Shown here: piece after piece, positions 26,270 to 38,949 of the stretch
How the letters are laid out: each line of letters begins with the position of its first letter
How positions within the stretch are numbered: position 1 is the stretch's first letter
Source of the DNA: Octopus sinensis
Taxonomy: Eukaryota
Assembly: GCF_006345805.1 (NCBI RefSeq)
Contig: NC_043005.1
Coordinates: forward strand, 65,472,001-65,536,000
Length of the DNA: 64,000 bases
Reading direction: 5' to 3'
Notes under the pieces: model-generated
The model's database searches: none
Seen by the model: only the letters and a program-made list of their open reading frames with translations
Told to the model about the DNA's origin: nothing
Made by a program: the position numbers and the translations under genes

Positions 26270-28345
26270 AAAAAGGAGACGCTTACATTTGAAAAGTTTC
26301 AAAGTCTGACAGGGCAACGATAGACTAAATTATCACTAAGAAACGAGATATAACACGTTCCTTTCATAACACCTGCTATCTCTCTGACCATTCTCTTCTC
26401 CGTAGCAAGGATACGTTCCATCTGAAACACACAAGACTACAAAAGTCATCAGTGCCTAAGCGCATTAATGTTCTGTCTTTGAAAACTGTCGAAAAGCAGA
26501 CTGAGCTCTCTATCAAGCTGGACAGTGCACTCAACACTGTTGACATCAATGACGACGTAGAATCATCTTGGACGGCTCTGTGTGATGCAACGCACTCTGC
26601 ATCTGTAGAGGTTCTTGAATTTCCTGTTCGTACACATCAAGATTGGTTCAACGTTAACAACATAGATGTCCAACAGTTAGATAAAATGCACAGCTCTCAC
26701 AAAACTTGGATAAATGATAGGAGTTCATCCAGAAAAGAAAATGCCTACAAGAAATGCAGAGGCCAGGTTCAACATGCCCTGAGAAAGATGAAGGAGACTA
26801 GTGATCTGCCAAGGCTACTGAACTCCAAGAAGCTGCAGGCAAAAAGGATTCTAAAACCTTTTATGAAGGTCTCAAGAAAGTTTATGGTCCTTAAGAGCAC
26901 GGTGTTACTCCTAATTTTCCATTGAATAGAGAGACACTCCTGACTGACAAATTTGATATCCTGAAATGATAGAAAGATCGTTGTGAAGCCATGTTGAACT
27001 CCACTTCAGTCACTAATGACGACGTTATAATGTCTGTTCCACAGCACACCGTAATACCGGAACTGTTTCTGGAGCCAACCTTTCCGAAAATGGTAAATTT
27101 TATTAAACAGATCTCTTCTGGTAAAGCACCTGACGGGGATGCTATCCCTCCTGAAATTTAGAAATATGGTAGACAGAAACTTTTTAAGAAACTGCACGAC
27201 CTCTTCGTAAACATCTGTAAGGTAGGCCATATACCACAGGACTTCAAGAATGCCTCAATTCAACATCTGTATAAGAACAAAGGCAACAGAAGTGTCTGCG
27301 ATAATCATCGTGGAATATCGCTTCTGTCGTTAGCTGGCAAGATTCTTGCTCGACTCATTCTTGACAGGATCATCAAACACATTGTAAATGATATCTATCC
27401 AGAATCACAGTGTGGATTTCGCTCTGGTCGTGGCACTATTGACATGAACTTTTCCCTCCCACAGGTCATGGAGAAGGAATGTGAGTTGTTATGGACAAGT
27501 CATGGAGAAGGTATGTGAATATCAAGAGTTGTTCTTGATATTTGTTGACCTTACTAAGGCCTTCAACACTTAACCGGTAAGCACTATGGAAAGTTCTGAA
27601 AAAGCTTGGTATACCTTACAAGCTGTTGAATGTTATCACCTCCTTTCATGAGGGAATGAAGGCTGCTATCGTGTCCGGCGAGGGATCTTTGGTTTCCTTT
27701 GACATTACAAACGGCACAAAACAAGGTTGTGTTATGGCTCCTGTTTTGCTTGCACTCTTCTTTTCAGTAATGTTGATATATACTTTTGGCGACATACAAA
27801 GTGGTGTCAAACTCCAGTTTCGAACAAATGCCAGATTATTCAATCACCAGCGTTTCAAAGCCAGAACACTGCTGCGCACCAATATCATTCGTGATCTATT
27901 TTTTGCAGATGATGCACTAGTAGCGACCACTTTAGAAGGTCAGGAACTTCGAGACCGGTTTTCTGCTGCATGTAAAGCCTTTGGTTTAACTATCAGCATA
28001 AAGAAGACAGAAGTAATCTACCAACCTTTCCCTATTCCTAAACAATTTCGAGGTGTCAAGCAGAGGCCACCGGTTCACAATTTTTCCGACACTCCTATAC
28101 AGCTTGATGGGGTAAAGCTTAAATTATGTGAAGTCATTTACATATCTTGGTAGTAAAGTGAATTTGAGCGCTTCCCTTGATGATGAAATTGTCAACCGTT
28201 TTGCAAAGTCAACCAATGCATTTGGCAAACTCCATCATCGCCTATGGAATGAAAGAGGCATCAAACTCGACACCAAAGCACTGGTCTATAAGGCAGCCAT
28301 TCTTACTACTCTCTTGTATGACTCAGAATCATCGATACCCTATAG
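26270..28345 (+). mobile_element. RTE/BovB-like LINE, decayed ORF (APE end, RT)
   Basis: HQDWF; GKAPDGDAIPPE; DFKNASIQHLYKNKGNRSVCDNHRGISLLSLAGKILAR; ESQCGFRSGRGTIDM; GTKQGCVMAPVL; DLFFADD. Confidence 0.9.
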
Positions 28346-29671
28346 ATGACACATTTTTGCCTTCTATCTTATCTCTTTCCTCTCTTACTCTCCTTTTTCT
28401 CCTTTTATCTTTTGTCGTCTCTTTTTACTGTTTATCCAGGAGCACTTCTCAAACATGACATTAAGGAACCTGTCAGTCTACATAAAATATTTTACTTGTG
28501 CATCAATGTCTGTCTTTCTACTCTGTCGTAAACATTAACAAATCTTGCCATCTATCTTTCTGTATCTATCTGTCTCTCTGTCCGTCTATCTATCTATCTA
28601 TTTATCTCCTTCTATCTCCCATTTTCATCACTGTTTCCTTTCCTCCTCTTTTGCAAAATCTCGATAACATTTTCTTTTCGATTTTCCTTGGTTTCCAGCA
28701 ACTGCAATAAATGGTGATAAACAACAGATAACTACTTTCAGGATTGGATTGTTTATAATTATGAGAACATGATTAGCCTATTTATTAATCGTAGTCAGCA
28801 TTAACTTATTTATTAATCGTAGTCAGAGAAATTAGATTTTATGACGTCTCTGCGTTTCTAATTAAGTTCATTAGTTAGTGAGTTAAAGTGAAGCGACTAC
28901 AATTGGAATCAAGATTCCATTTCGTCTGTCGAGAAGTTATTGTATTTAGGATCTCTCATCTTATCGTGCTCATTGTTAATTCATTCGCTATTTCAAACAA
29001 TAAAAGAAAGAATAATAAATTGAAAGAAAGCACAAATTTCAATATTTGCTATTTTGTATATATATATATAAAAAAGAAACTCATTTCCTTAGTAAAGTTT
29101 TAATTCTCTCCCATTCTTCAATTTACATTTTGTATTATTTGAAAACCTCCTAATTCATTTAATCTTTACCATTGTTCTGTCAGTGGTTGAACATCATTTT
29201 CTAGATATCGTTTCTAAACATTGTTATGTATGATGACAGATTTGCATAGATATCTGTCTACGTGTTGCGTGGCATTTGATAATAGAAAACAATTCTATTG
29301 AAAAGACGACAACATAAAATACAATATTAAATGTCTGCTTGTTTTAGGTAATGAGCAAAACACTCTAAAGGTATCTGATGGAGGAAAAAAAACACTCTAA
29401 TACTTTTAATATTTTTCATTTATCGAGCTAATATGAAAGACAAAAGAATAAGAAACTGAAGACATGATGAAAAGTTAAGCAGCTTTCGAAATAATAGAAC
29501 ATTAAATTTCTGAATTCCACAAAAAAAAAAGAACGACATAATTACTTTTAGGTCTCAACACAAGTGACAATAAAATGGCGGATGAATATTGCTTTAAAAT
29601 AAAGACGGGACGCAAACATTAATACTTTTTAATCAAGCTGTTATATGGAATGAATATTAACAAGTTTGAAA

Positions 29672-29708
<37 letters not shown>

Positions 29709-29786
29709 CATGTTACCATAATTTTGTTGAATCACCAGTGAGGAATTTCTTTTAACCTAGCTGCTCTTAAAAAGAAAAATAATACG

Positions 29787-29952
29787 TATTTCTTTACTAC
29801 CCACAAGGGGCTAAACACAGAGGGGACAAACAAGGACACACAAACGGATTAAGTCGATTACATCGACCCCAGTGCATAAATGGTACTTATTTAATCGACG
29901 CCGAAAGGATGAAAGGCAAAGTCGACCTCGGCGGAATTTGAACTCAGAACGT
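29787..29952 (-). mobile_element. SINE family A, 5'-truncated
   Basis: Tail A and core as at 10190-10418. Confidence 0.9.
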
Positions 29953-30199
29953 CGTGGTTTCTTGCTGACTTTCCGTCATAATCAAGGGAATTAAGTTGAG
30001 CAATGATAATTAACGAAATATTCCTCGATATACTGTACAACTATTTTTAACCTTAAACTGTATATCGCCGTAGTCGAGATGCCCACCATTAACCTTCGAA
30101 CTGGAGGAGGTGGTTAAAAAGTTAATAGTAAATTACAAACCATAATAAAGCCAAGCCCTTCAACGGTTACTGAATACAGATAAATGCTTACTGAACACA

Positions 30200-31700
30200 A
30201 ATAAAAAAAAAACAGACGAGAACAACTCAAACAAAAAATATGAATAAAAGAGAATATGGATATTTAAGAATAATAAATTGTAAAGGCGGAAATTATGAAC
30301 GTATAACAATAATATAAAGATAGAAAAAATTTAGGAATTAAAATGAAAAATAACAAGATTTTTTCCCCCAAGAACCAGTTTAAACAAAATGGTAATCAAT
30401 GCAAAATTAACAGTGATTAAAAATATTCTGAGGAGAAGAATTTAAAACGAAGAAATTGCCATAGATAAGACTGTCCAAAACAACAAATGCAGCAGCCTAT
30501 GAGGTGTAACATCACAAGAAGCAAGCTAGACGCCACAAATAACTATATGACACCAGGAATCAATAATATTCCAAACTTCTAGTTAAGAGACACGTAAGGA
30601 ACTGATAAGTAAGTTTGAATAAGATGCCGAAAGAACCAAAGACAAAATATGACTGGCTCATTGAAAAAGCTATTTCAATCCCCAACACTAAAAAAAATAT
30701 ATATAAATAATAAAATAAGTTATAGACTCATAATCTGCCTACCTAGAAAGTGTTAACTATGATAACATCGCAGAGTATAGATAGACATGCAGGAAAAGCA
30801 GCCTGTTTCCACTAAAGCAGAATGGATGTTGCGAACAATTATATGGCTATAATGATCAATTATTGTTCGTCAACTATTAATCATTATCGAATCCTGTGGG
30901 AGAAAGAATGTTCTGAACAGAGTCTGCAATGTACACAAGAAGACTTTTAAAGCGTTTCCCTTGCGTGGATAACGTTAATGTTAGTCAGGAATTAACAATT
31001 TGCAGATAAAGACAAAAGCAGGGATCGGAAATAATCTGTCTTTATTAAACGGAAGAATATTTCCAACGGCTCCCCACTCTCTAGCCTTTTGTCAAGCGCC
31101 AACAACTATCAGAGACAGTTATACAAGACTGAGCCTGAATAGAAATGCGATTGTAGGACAATGAACCATATTTTATAGTTGGGCGAGATCAAGTAGATGC
31201 TGCAGACAGTAAACTAGTAGAGACACTACGCAGGTGCGGATTTAATTGAAGAACGAAAGTTGATGAAAAATATATGCGAGAGAAAATTTAAGTAAAAGGG
31301 AAAATTAATTAAGAACATTAATATTAGATGAAATAAAGAAATAGAGATAAAATAAGTAGACAAAAACAAACTTTCAAATTATGAGGAATCAATGAAGTTA
31401 TCGAATTAAAAAACACAAAAAGAGAAAGAAATATAGAAGAAATAGATTAATTCTTAAACAGAGGCAAAACTCAAGCTGTTACAATAACAAGTTATAGTTA
31501 TAATATTCCCATCTGGTCGTTAAATGAATTAACAACAGTAGACAGATGAGTATAAAAGATTACAATACTACACAATTTATAATACATCATAGAAAATCTG
31601 ATATAGAAAGTTCACGATAAAAGATCTTGGTCAGTAGGAAAAAATAGGAATAAAACTAGATTCATATCGAACTGAACATTAGAACGTTCATTTACCAGCT
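30200..31700 (+). mobile_element. Highly decayed non-LTR element, R4/Dong-like RT
   Basis: Remnant motifs YRLIICL, KAF..W, GRIF..PHSL, and IPIWSLNELTTVDR...HHRKSDIE. Confidence 0.45.
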
Positions 31701-32485
31701 ACGCAACTGAACAGTTACTGCATAAAATCGAAAAGAAACAATATCGCTAACAACAACAAAAGCAGCAACAGAAACAATGACAAGAACCAAAGACCGAAGC
31801 GCTGGACTCTGTCAACATTTGTTAATATAAACAATAGTTACTCGATGGGGCACGAAGGATTTCCAGGTGCAGATGACCTTCTTAGACCCAGTGTTAAGTT
31901 GGTGATACTGAGCACAGCAGGCTGTGAGGCCGGTGATTGCAGATTAGTGGCTGTCTATACCTCGAGAGAACCAAGGTGGTTGAATATCTTCAGATATCTA
32001 GAAGCGTTCATTTTAGATCACTGAATTCCCCAAATGTACGGACTTGGCCATGATAAAATATCTAGGAAAACGTGCCTGACAATCGGCGCTCACTTCAACT
32101 CACTGTCGAGAGAATGGGTGTTTACATCTGTCCGCTACACACAATAATATTTTATAATTCGAACAAGTTACCAGTTATGCATTTTATATTAAAATTTACT
32201 TAAGACCTTACTAAAAGTCTATAAGCAGCATCTCTTTTTCCAAGTCAGGATTGAGACTAGTCCGACTGATCTTTCATTTTCTTTCCACAAATAAAATGTA
32301 TCTAACAACAAGGTATTTGCGTTTGTGTTGTGTATGGTGTAGCATAAAAGACCAGAATCTTATCTCTTAATATTCTTTCATAAAAGCTTTTACTAATGTA
32401 AGAAAAGATAAATTTGATGTATTTACTACATCCACAAGAAACTTTTCTTGATCACTCTTTTATGCTACTCTTTCTCTCTCTCTGT

Positions 32486-32601
<116 letters not shown>

Positions 32602-32762
32602 CATATATAATAGAAATATGTTACAAAAAGAAAATAGAAACTACACGTGGTAACGTAAGGGGAAAGTAAGAAAAATCAACGAAAATGCACATTGTAAATA
32701 AAAAAGTAAAGGCTTTTTATGAAAAGTAACGAAAGATTATACAATTAGATGAACTGAGGTAG

Positions 32763-32833
<71 letters not shown>

Positions 32834-32999
32834 TTATGTATGTGTGTGCGTATCTTATAAATAATATGCATCTTCTTCTTGGAGGGTGAGGTGAGGTATA
32901 TTTTTACCTGAATTATTTTTCCAGTCAAATACTTTTTCTTTTTAAAAGTAGGTACCATCATACTCCTTTCTCCGAAGTAATACTTACATATTGGTTTCA

Positions 33000-33183
33000 A
33001 ATTTTGGCTCAAGATCAGCAAGTTCAGGGGGATGGAGAAGTAAATCGATTACATCAACTCCAGTGCTTGATTAGTACTTGCTTTATCGACCCCGAAAGGA
33101 TGAAAGGCAAAGTCGACCTCAGAGGAATTTGGACTCAGAACATAAAAACGGACGAGGTGCTGCTAAGCATTCTGCCTGGCGTG
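33000..33183 (-). mobile_element. SINE family A, diverged copy
   Basis: Core atcgaccccgaaaggatgaaaggcaaagtcgacctc plus partial head. Confidence 0.8.
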
Positions 33184-33270
33184 GAAATGCTATTTACATA
33201 TTAGCAAGTATGTTGAGTAATTATGACGGATGAATGGAGTAAATATGCTCGATTAGAATGAGAAATATTA

Positions 33271-33850
33271 TTTTCTACTCTAGGCATAAGGGCCGAAATT
33301 TTGTGGGAGGGGGTCAGTCGATTATATCGACCCCAGTACGCAGAAGATACTTAATTTATCGACCCCGAAAGGATGAAAGGCAAAGTCGACCTCGGCGGAA
33401 TTTGAACTCAGAATGTAGAGGCAGACGTAATACTTATTTCTTTACCACCCACAAGGGGCTAAACGCAGAGAGGACAAACAAGGACAGACAAACGGATTAA
33501 GTCAATTATATCGACCCCAGTGCGTAACTGGTACTTATTTAATCGACCCCGAAAGGATGAAAGGTAAAGTCGACCTCGGTGGAATTTAAACTCAGAACGT
33601 AGCATCAGACGAAATACCTATTTCTTTATTGCCCACAAGGGGCTAAACATAGAGGGGACAAACAAGGACTGACAAAGGGATTAAGTCGATTATATCGACC
33701 CCAGTGCGTAACTGGTACTTTATTTATCGACCCCGAAAGGATGAAAGGCAAAGTCGACCTCGGGGGAATTTGAACTCAGAACGTAACGGCAGACGAAATA
33801 CCTTTAAGCATTTCGCCCGGCGCGATAACGTTTCTGCCAGCTCACCGCCT
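33271..33850 (-). mobile_element. SINE family A trimer (one head, three bodies; tails A, A, B)
   Basis: Junctions taaagaaata|(g/a)gtatt(t/a)cgtctg. Outer 18-bp TSD ttagaatgagaaa(t/c)atta at 33253-33270 and 33851-33868. Confidence 0.85.
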
Positions 33851-35509
33851 TTAGAATGAGAAACATTAATGCATAAATGATATTGAACATAAAGTCAAAC
33901 CTGCTCACGAGCTAATATGTTTGCTCGACTTGCTAGAAATAACTGGCAGTGAAATCTTTCACAGTTCACACTCTATAGTCCTAAAAATGGAAAAAAGAAA
34001 AAACGCGTTGGCTAGCGTAGTCCTAATAAGAGATGGGAATCCTGGATTGAGTGCCTTTGATCATAGATCTGCTCGATTAGGACTATGCAGGATCTAAACA
34101 GCAGCAGAAACGTGCTTGCACACAACCATAACACATGATGTGGAAGAGAAAAGGTTTCAGATATGTAGAATAGATTATATTTCTGGACGTTTGTTCAAAT
34201 TCCAAAGCCATTTATAATACCATTCACACGACAGTAAATTAAGTAATATGCAGATTAACTGGCAGACTCTTCCTGTTGCAAGAGAAAAAGTTGATGTTAT
34301 TCTGCTTGTTTCTCTTCCAGTTCTTCTTTTGTTGTTAACTCTTATTTCTGTGTCACTTTCAAGAAAAAGGGAAAAACGAAGAGAAAAAACTATAATGAAT
34401 CAATGTAGTCAATGGGATTAATACTTTCTAACATTGAAATCGTTCGTGTCTGAAATGATTCATTTTCAATTTCGCGCGAATGAAAAACACTAAGACACAC
34501 AGTCAATATTCTCTTTCAGACTTTCAAGATATTAGTAGTCAATTCGTTGCAGAAATGCCTTGGAGAATTGATCAATATTCTTTAAAATACGGCAACTCAT
34601 TAATTGCAATGAGAACAGATTCTTAGACTTAAGGGGAGAAGCATTCATTATTGTTGTAAAAAGCCTATATTAGAAAACCATTATTTGTATGCGTATGTAC
34701 CTCTTTGTTTTATGTTAACTATTCACTTTGAGGAGAATTTGTAGTGAACAGGATAGCAATCTATTCCCTGTCAACGACATTCTCCAAATAAAAGCTTAAC
34801 TCTGAACAAATCAGACTAAGGGGGAATAAGAACTGAGAAAAGATTCTGTATTAGTAATGATAATATGTTGTACTTTATAGAGAAGCAATATTATTTGATA
34901 TCGTAGTATACAGTGTGAGTGCTTACTTTTTATTTTACTATCACTAGAATAATGTAGACTACTGGTAATAATTCTCAGCATTTTCCTGCCTTCAGCAATG
35001 GATTCTGATTCATCCCAGTTGTACTCCTTATCTTGTAGGATCCTACACTAGGTACGGACCTGTCTAGCAACCTAAGGCTCTTTGCTGGTTTGCACCGGAC
35101 CCATCTTATCTCAATAAGGTAACTGAAACTATTATAGTTTATCTTTCGTTGGCGGAGAAGTCTTCAGGGATGCTCCAGTGCAATTGAACAGAAGTCGTTA
35201 TATTTTAAGGCGGGCCGAATTGAATATGTTTTTATGTCTTGCGAGCCAAGGCGAATTAAAGCTAAAAATGCGACCATAATAGAACATGATTGGAGAAAAT
35301 GAACGACCACAGTAACTTCAATATATAATATTACATAGAAAACAATACTCCAGTTTGAAATCAGTCTGGATAAATTTCTTGTGTCAGGTATGCAAAAATA
35401 ATATTTGTGAGTGGTGGAACATCTAGCAACATAATTTCACCAGAAAAATGCCATACAACTAAAATTGTTAGCAGTTTTGCTACCTTATTTATCAATTCGG
35501 TAGCCTATT

Positions 35510-36360
35510 ATTATTAGTTCATCCGTCGTTGCCGACCAGTCCGATGAATGCTCGGAAATCTCTGTCGCAGGGCGGGCACTGGTGGTCTGCTAGGAGTGAA
35601 GGCAAGGAGTTGGCTCTGGACTTGCGCAGTTCGCATTTTTTTTGTGCCCTTTCAATCCTGTTTTGTTCGTAGGAGGCGGCAACTCTGTTGATGCAGCTTC
35701 GACTGGAAGGGCGGTCTTGCACTTGCGTTTCCCAGGTCTCAGAGTTGATCTCAAAGCTCTTCAGTGAGACTTTGACAGTAACCTTAAAGCGCTTCTTTTG
35801 TCCACCTTGTGTGCGTTTGCCTTTCGCCAGTTCTCTGTAAAACAGTCTCTTGGGGAGTCGCGTGTCAGACATTCGAACATGATGGTCTGTCCACCTGACA
35901 TGCGCTCTCCTCTGGGTGGGGTAGTACCTATGACGAAGGAACATGTGATACTCTTCGCCTGGTTTGGTCCTCACCTGTCACCTAGCTCTCACTTGTGGAT
36001 CCTCGAAGCGGTCTACTTGTAACAGCGTCCACGCCCCGGAAATGGCTTCCACGGGGCGGTTAAACCATGGTGAGGGTAGCCGACGGCTTTCAACTCTCGG
36101 TGAGCTAAGACTTGTCTCGTTATGCTTGTGAAGACTGAACCCAGTGGACTGTGCAGAGGGGACCACGAGATTGGTTCAGTGGGCAGGAGAATTGACCAGC
36201 CAGCGTTGTGGAGTGCAGAAATGGCACAGTGAGACACGAAGAACCCTGCGCCCACCTGCTGCATCCCAACATATCTCTAGTCACTTTGACTTCGTCCTGC
36301 CACTGAAATTTGGTAGCCTATCAACAGGGTGGAAAACGCCTACCGAAACGCCAAGTAGAT
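35510..36360 (-). mobile_element. RTE/BovB-like LINE 3' end joined to GC-rich, probably 5' UTR-derived sequence
   Basis: RW..HVRMSDTRLPKRLFYRELAKGKRTQGGQKKRFK...CPPCDRDFRAFIGL. The upstream 400 bp are GC-rich and non-coding. Confidence 0.65.
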
Positions 36361-36489
36361 GTAGTCACTTGTATTTAATATACTTGTATTTAAAGTGCGT
36401 GACAAAATTTTAAATACATTTATGATTGCCTGCTGCTCTCCGTGTGCTACAGAGGAAAAGACGAAGTGAGTCTAAGCCAGTTTCTCAAG

Positions 36490-36510
36490 ATGGCGTGCAG
36501 TAATAATTTG
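36490..36510 (+). CDS. Candidate first coding exon of an unidentified gene (MACSNNL)
   Basis: caagATGGCG start context, GTGAGG donor, CpG-containing non-repeat surroundings. Confidence 0.3.
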
Positions 36511-36764
36511 GTGAGGTATGGGTTCCTTTAGAATGAAACATAAGTAACACGTTAATAAAAATTGCAATAAATTTTTAATCAAAACCTTTTTATGAATATA
36601 TTTTATACTTTGACATTGTCTCTTCACGGCGCAGCGTACTTTATTTTGGAAAATAAAACGTCTACTGAGCACACGTTCCCCATTCGTCCAACTTGAACAA
36701 CGAATGTATATATATATAAAATTTAAAGAGGAGCAAAACAATAATCAGTTCATCAATTCATATA

Positions 36765-36842
<78 letters not shown>

Positions 36843-36843
<1 letters not shown>

Positions 36844-37200
36844 ATAAAATCAAAAGAAAGAGACCTCGATATTATGTAAATAGAGGAATTTATCTGTAAA
36901 AGTAATATGTTACGGCGCACGCACGTGGGTGTGCGGGCTCACATGTGTAGGTATGAACAGGCGCGCTTACGCGAATACTATGAACTTTTTACCCCCTTAC
37001 TTAGCGGCCATTCGAATAGGTCTTTTGTCTTAATAACGGTCAATCACACAGTAATTTCCCTTTGTATAACGGTCATCTTTCATAGCATTTTTCCGATGGC
37101 CGGATAACTGAAGAGATGGAGGCGTGAATTTCCACCTCGACATCCGAAACTCGGAGTTTTATCATGGCTACCGAATAATTGTCACATATTACTTTTACAG

Positions 37201-37202
<2 letters not shown>
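36843..37202 (+). mobile_element. PLE pLTR-type repeat family X (copy 2) with inverted 5' tail segment
   Basis: 36893-36911 atctgtaaaagtaatatgt is the reverse complement of 37184-37202. Body matches 16522-16822. (TA)n on both sides. Confidence 0.75.
37098..37169 (+). ncRNA. Type I hammerhead ribozyme, extended stem I, apparently intact
   Basis: GATAA-CTGAAGA-GATG..CATCC-GAAA-CT(CGG)AG-TT-TTATC, distal GGCC/GGCT pairing. GUU triplet; predicted cut after 37158. Confidence 0.65.
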
Positions 37203-37248
<46 letters not shown>

Positions 37249-37364
37249 TATATATATATATATATATAATATATATATATATATTGTGTCTGGGGAGAGT
37301 CATTCACTTTTAGTGCCTTATTTAACACACTCACCGGTTCAATCTTCCACTCATTTTATTTTTT

Positions 37365-37401
37365 CTACAATTTTCGTTGTACCTTGCAACCTTTTCAATA
37401 G
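37365..37401 (-). ncRNA. Decayed hammerhead with U3:A8 core
   Basis: CTA-TTGAAAA-G-GTTG(CAAGGTA)CAAC-GAAA-ATT-G-TAG. N17 is G and stem I is only 3 bp. Confidence 0.4.
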
Positions 37402-37877
37402 TCGTTGACTCTGTCCTTTATCAGAGCTGCATTCTTCTTGCTTGTTTGTGCGCATGTGTATATGTATGTATGTATGTATGTATAGATGGATGGATGGGTG
37501 GATGGATGGATGGATGGATGGATTCATGTGTGTGTATGCATATATATGTATACGCATGTGTATGTTTGTACGTTTGTATGTATATATTCTGCATATTCGT
37601 GTTTGTGTGTGAATGTTCGTGTATTTATGTGTGTGTATTTGTGTGTGTATCTTGTCTGTGTGTGGAGTATGCGTATATGTATATGGTCATGTGTTTCTGA
37701 CTCATTTTGTGTATGCATGTGTGTGAGTGTGTGCGGGTATGTGCTTGTCTGTCCGTACTTATCCATCTGTTTGTCTACATATCCAATTCCTATTTTATAT
37801 ATATATTCCTACTTTTATATAATATATACATATTACATACATGTGTGTATGTGTGTGCGTATGTATGTGTGTGTGAA

Positions 37878-38205
37878 GGCACTTGGCTCAGTGGTTAGAG
37901 CGTCGGGCTCACAATCATGAGGCTGTGAGTTCGATCCATACCTTGGACTGTGCTGTGGGTTGTGTTCTTCAACAAGACATTTTATTTCACGTTGCTTCAG
38001 TTCACTCAGCTGTAGAATGAACTGCGACGCCAATCGTGCCAAACTTTTGCTTTTCCCTGGATAACATCGGTGGTGTAGAGGAGGGAGGCTGGTATGCACG
38101 GGCAACTGCTGGTCTTCTATAAACAACCTTGCCGAGACTTGTGCCTTGGAGTGTAACTTTCTTGGTTCAATCCCATGGCCATTCATGACCGAAGGAGGTC
38201 TCTGC
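37878..38205 (+). mobile_element. tRNA-derived SINE family C
   Basis: tggctcagtggttagagc (A box), gagttcgatcc (B box), ttgtgttcttcaacaagacattttatttcacg core. Matches 57905-58245. Confidence 0.85.
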
Positions 38206-38949
38206 TTTTTATATAATATATACATACACTGTCGATAGGCCTTTTATTGTAATATTTGTTCTGAGATAACATTTGTTATGGAATTACTGTGTTAAAAACA
38301 CAACAAGCATCAGAGAGGGACGAAATTCCGTCCCAGCAGCGGCCGGCGAGAGCATGAGATGTATTTCGGCCTTTTGGGGCCATTTCAAAGGCGCGTACTC
38401 GCAGTTCGCCACATGCTTGGCACTGTGTATACGTTAAGTATCATACATCAATAGCTATTTAAATTAAATACGGCTTCAATTGCTTATACTACATTTATAA
38501 TCAGCCGGGCAACATCAGTGGGTTGTTTATTCACTTTTATCGTATATCTGAGACGATGAATTTTCAAAAATGGAAAGCGTAAAATTAAATCGTTAAAATT
38601 ATGTTTTAAGATAATTATGCGATTGAGACTACACTTTTAAATACTAAAATTTAGATCGAAATATTTTCTAAAAACTAGGTAAATTGAGCTTTTGAATGTT
38701 ACTTGTTGCAGAAAATTGAGCTGGCGATATGAGGAAGATTATACAGGAGGGACAATTTTGAACATAATTTATGTTGAGTTTTTTATTTGATTTAGACTCT
38801 AAAAGTGGTACACTAATTTCAAAACTGCCGTCAGTTGTCTTCTATCGCGTGAGGTTTTTTTCTAAAGCCTACTCTTTGATTAAGCACAATTGAATTGCTT
38901 GCCGGAAAGTAATGGCACTAATCAGCTGCTTATTTTATTTTTCTGATAA

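Noticed and set aside
35140-35175. CTGAAGA..GAAA spacing on the minus strand (also 17350-17390, 3095-3135, 32715-32745, 6810-6900)
   Set aside because: No pairing stem II and/or stem I; expected by chance in AT-rich DNA.
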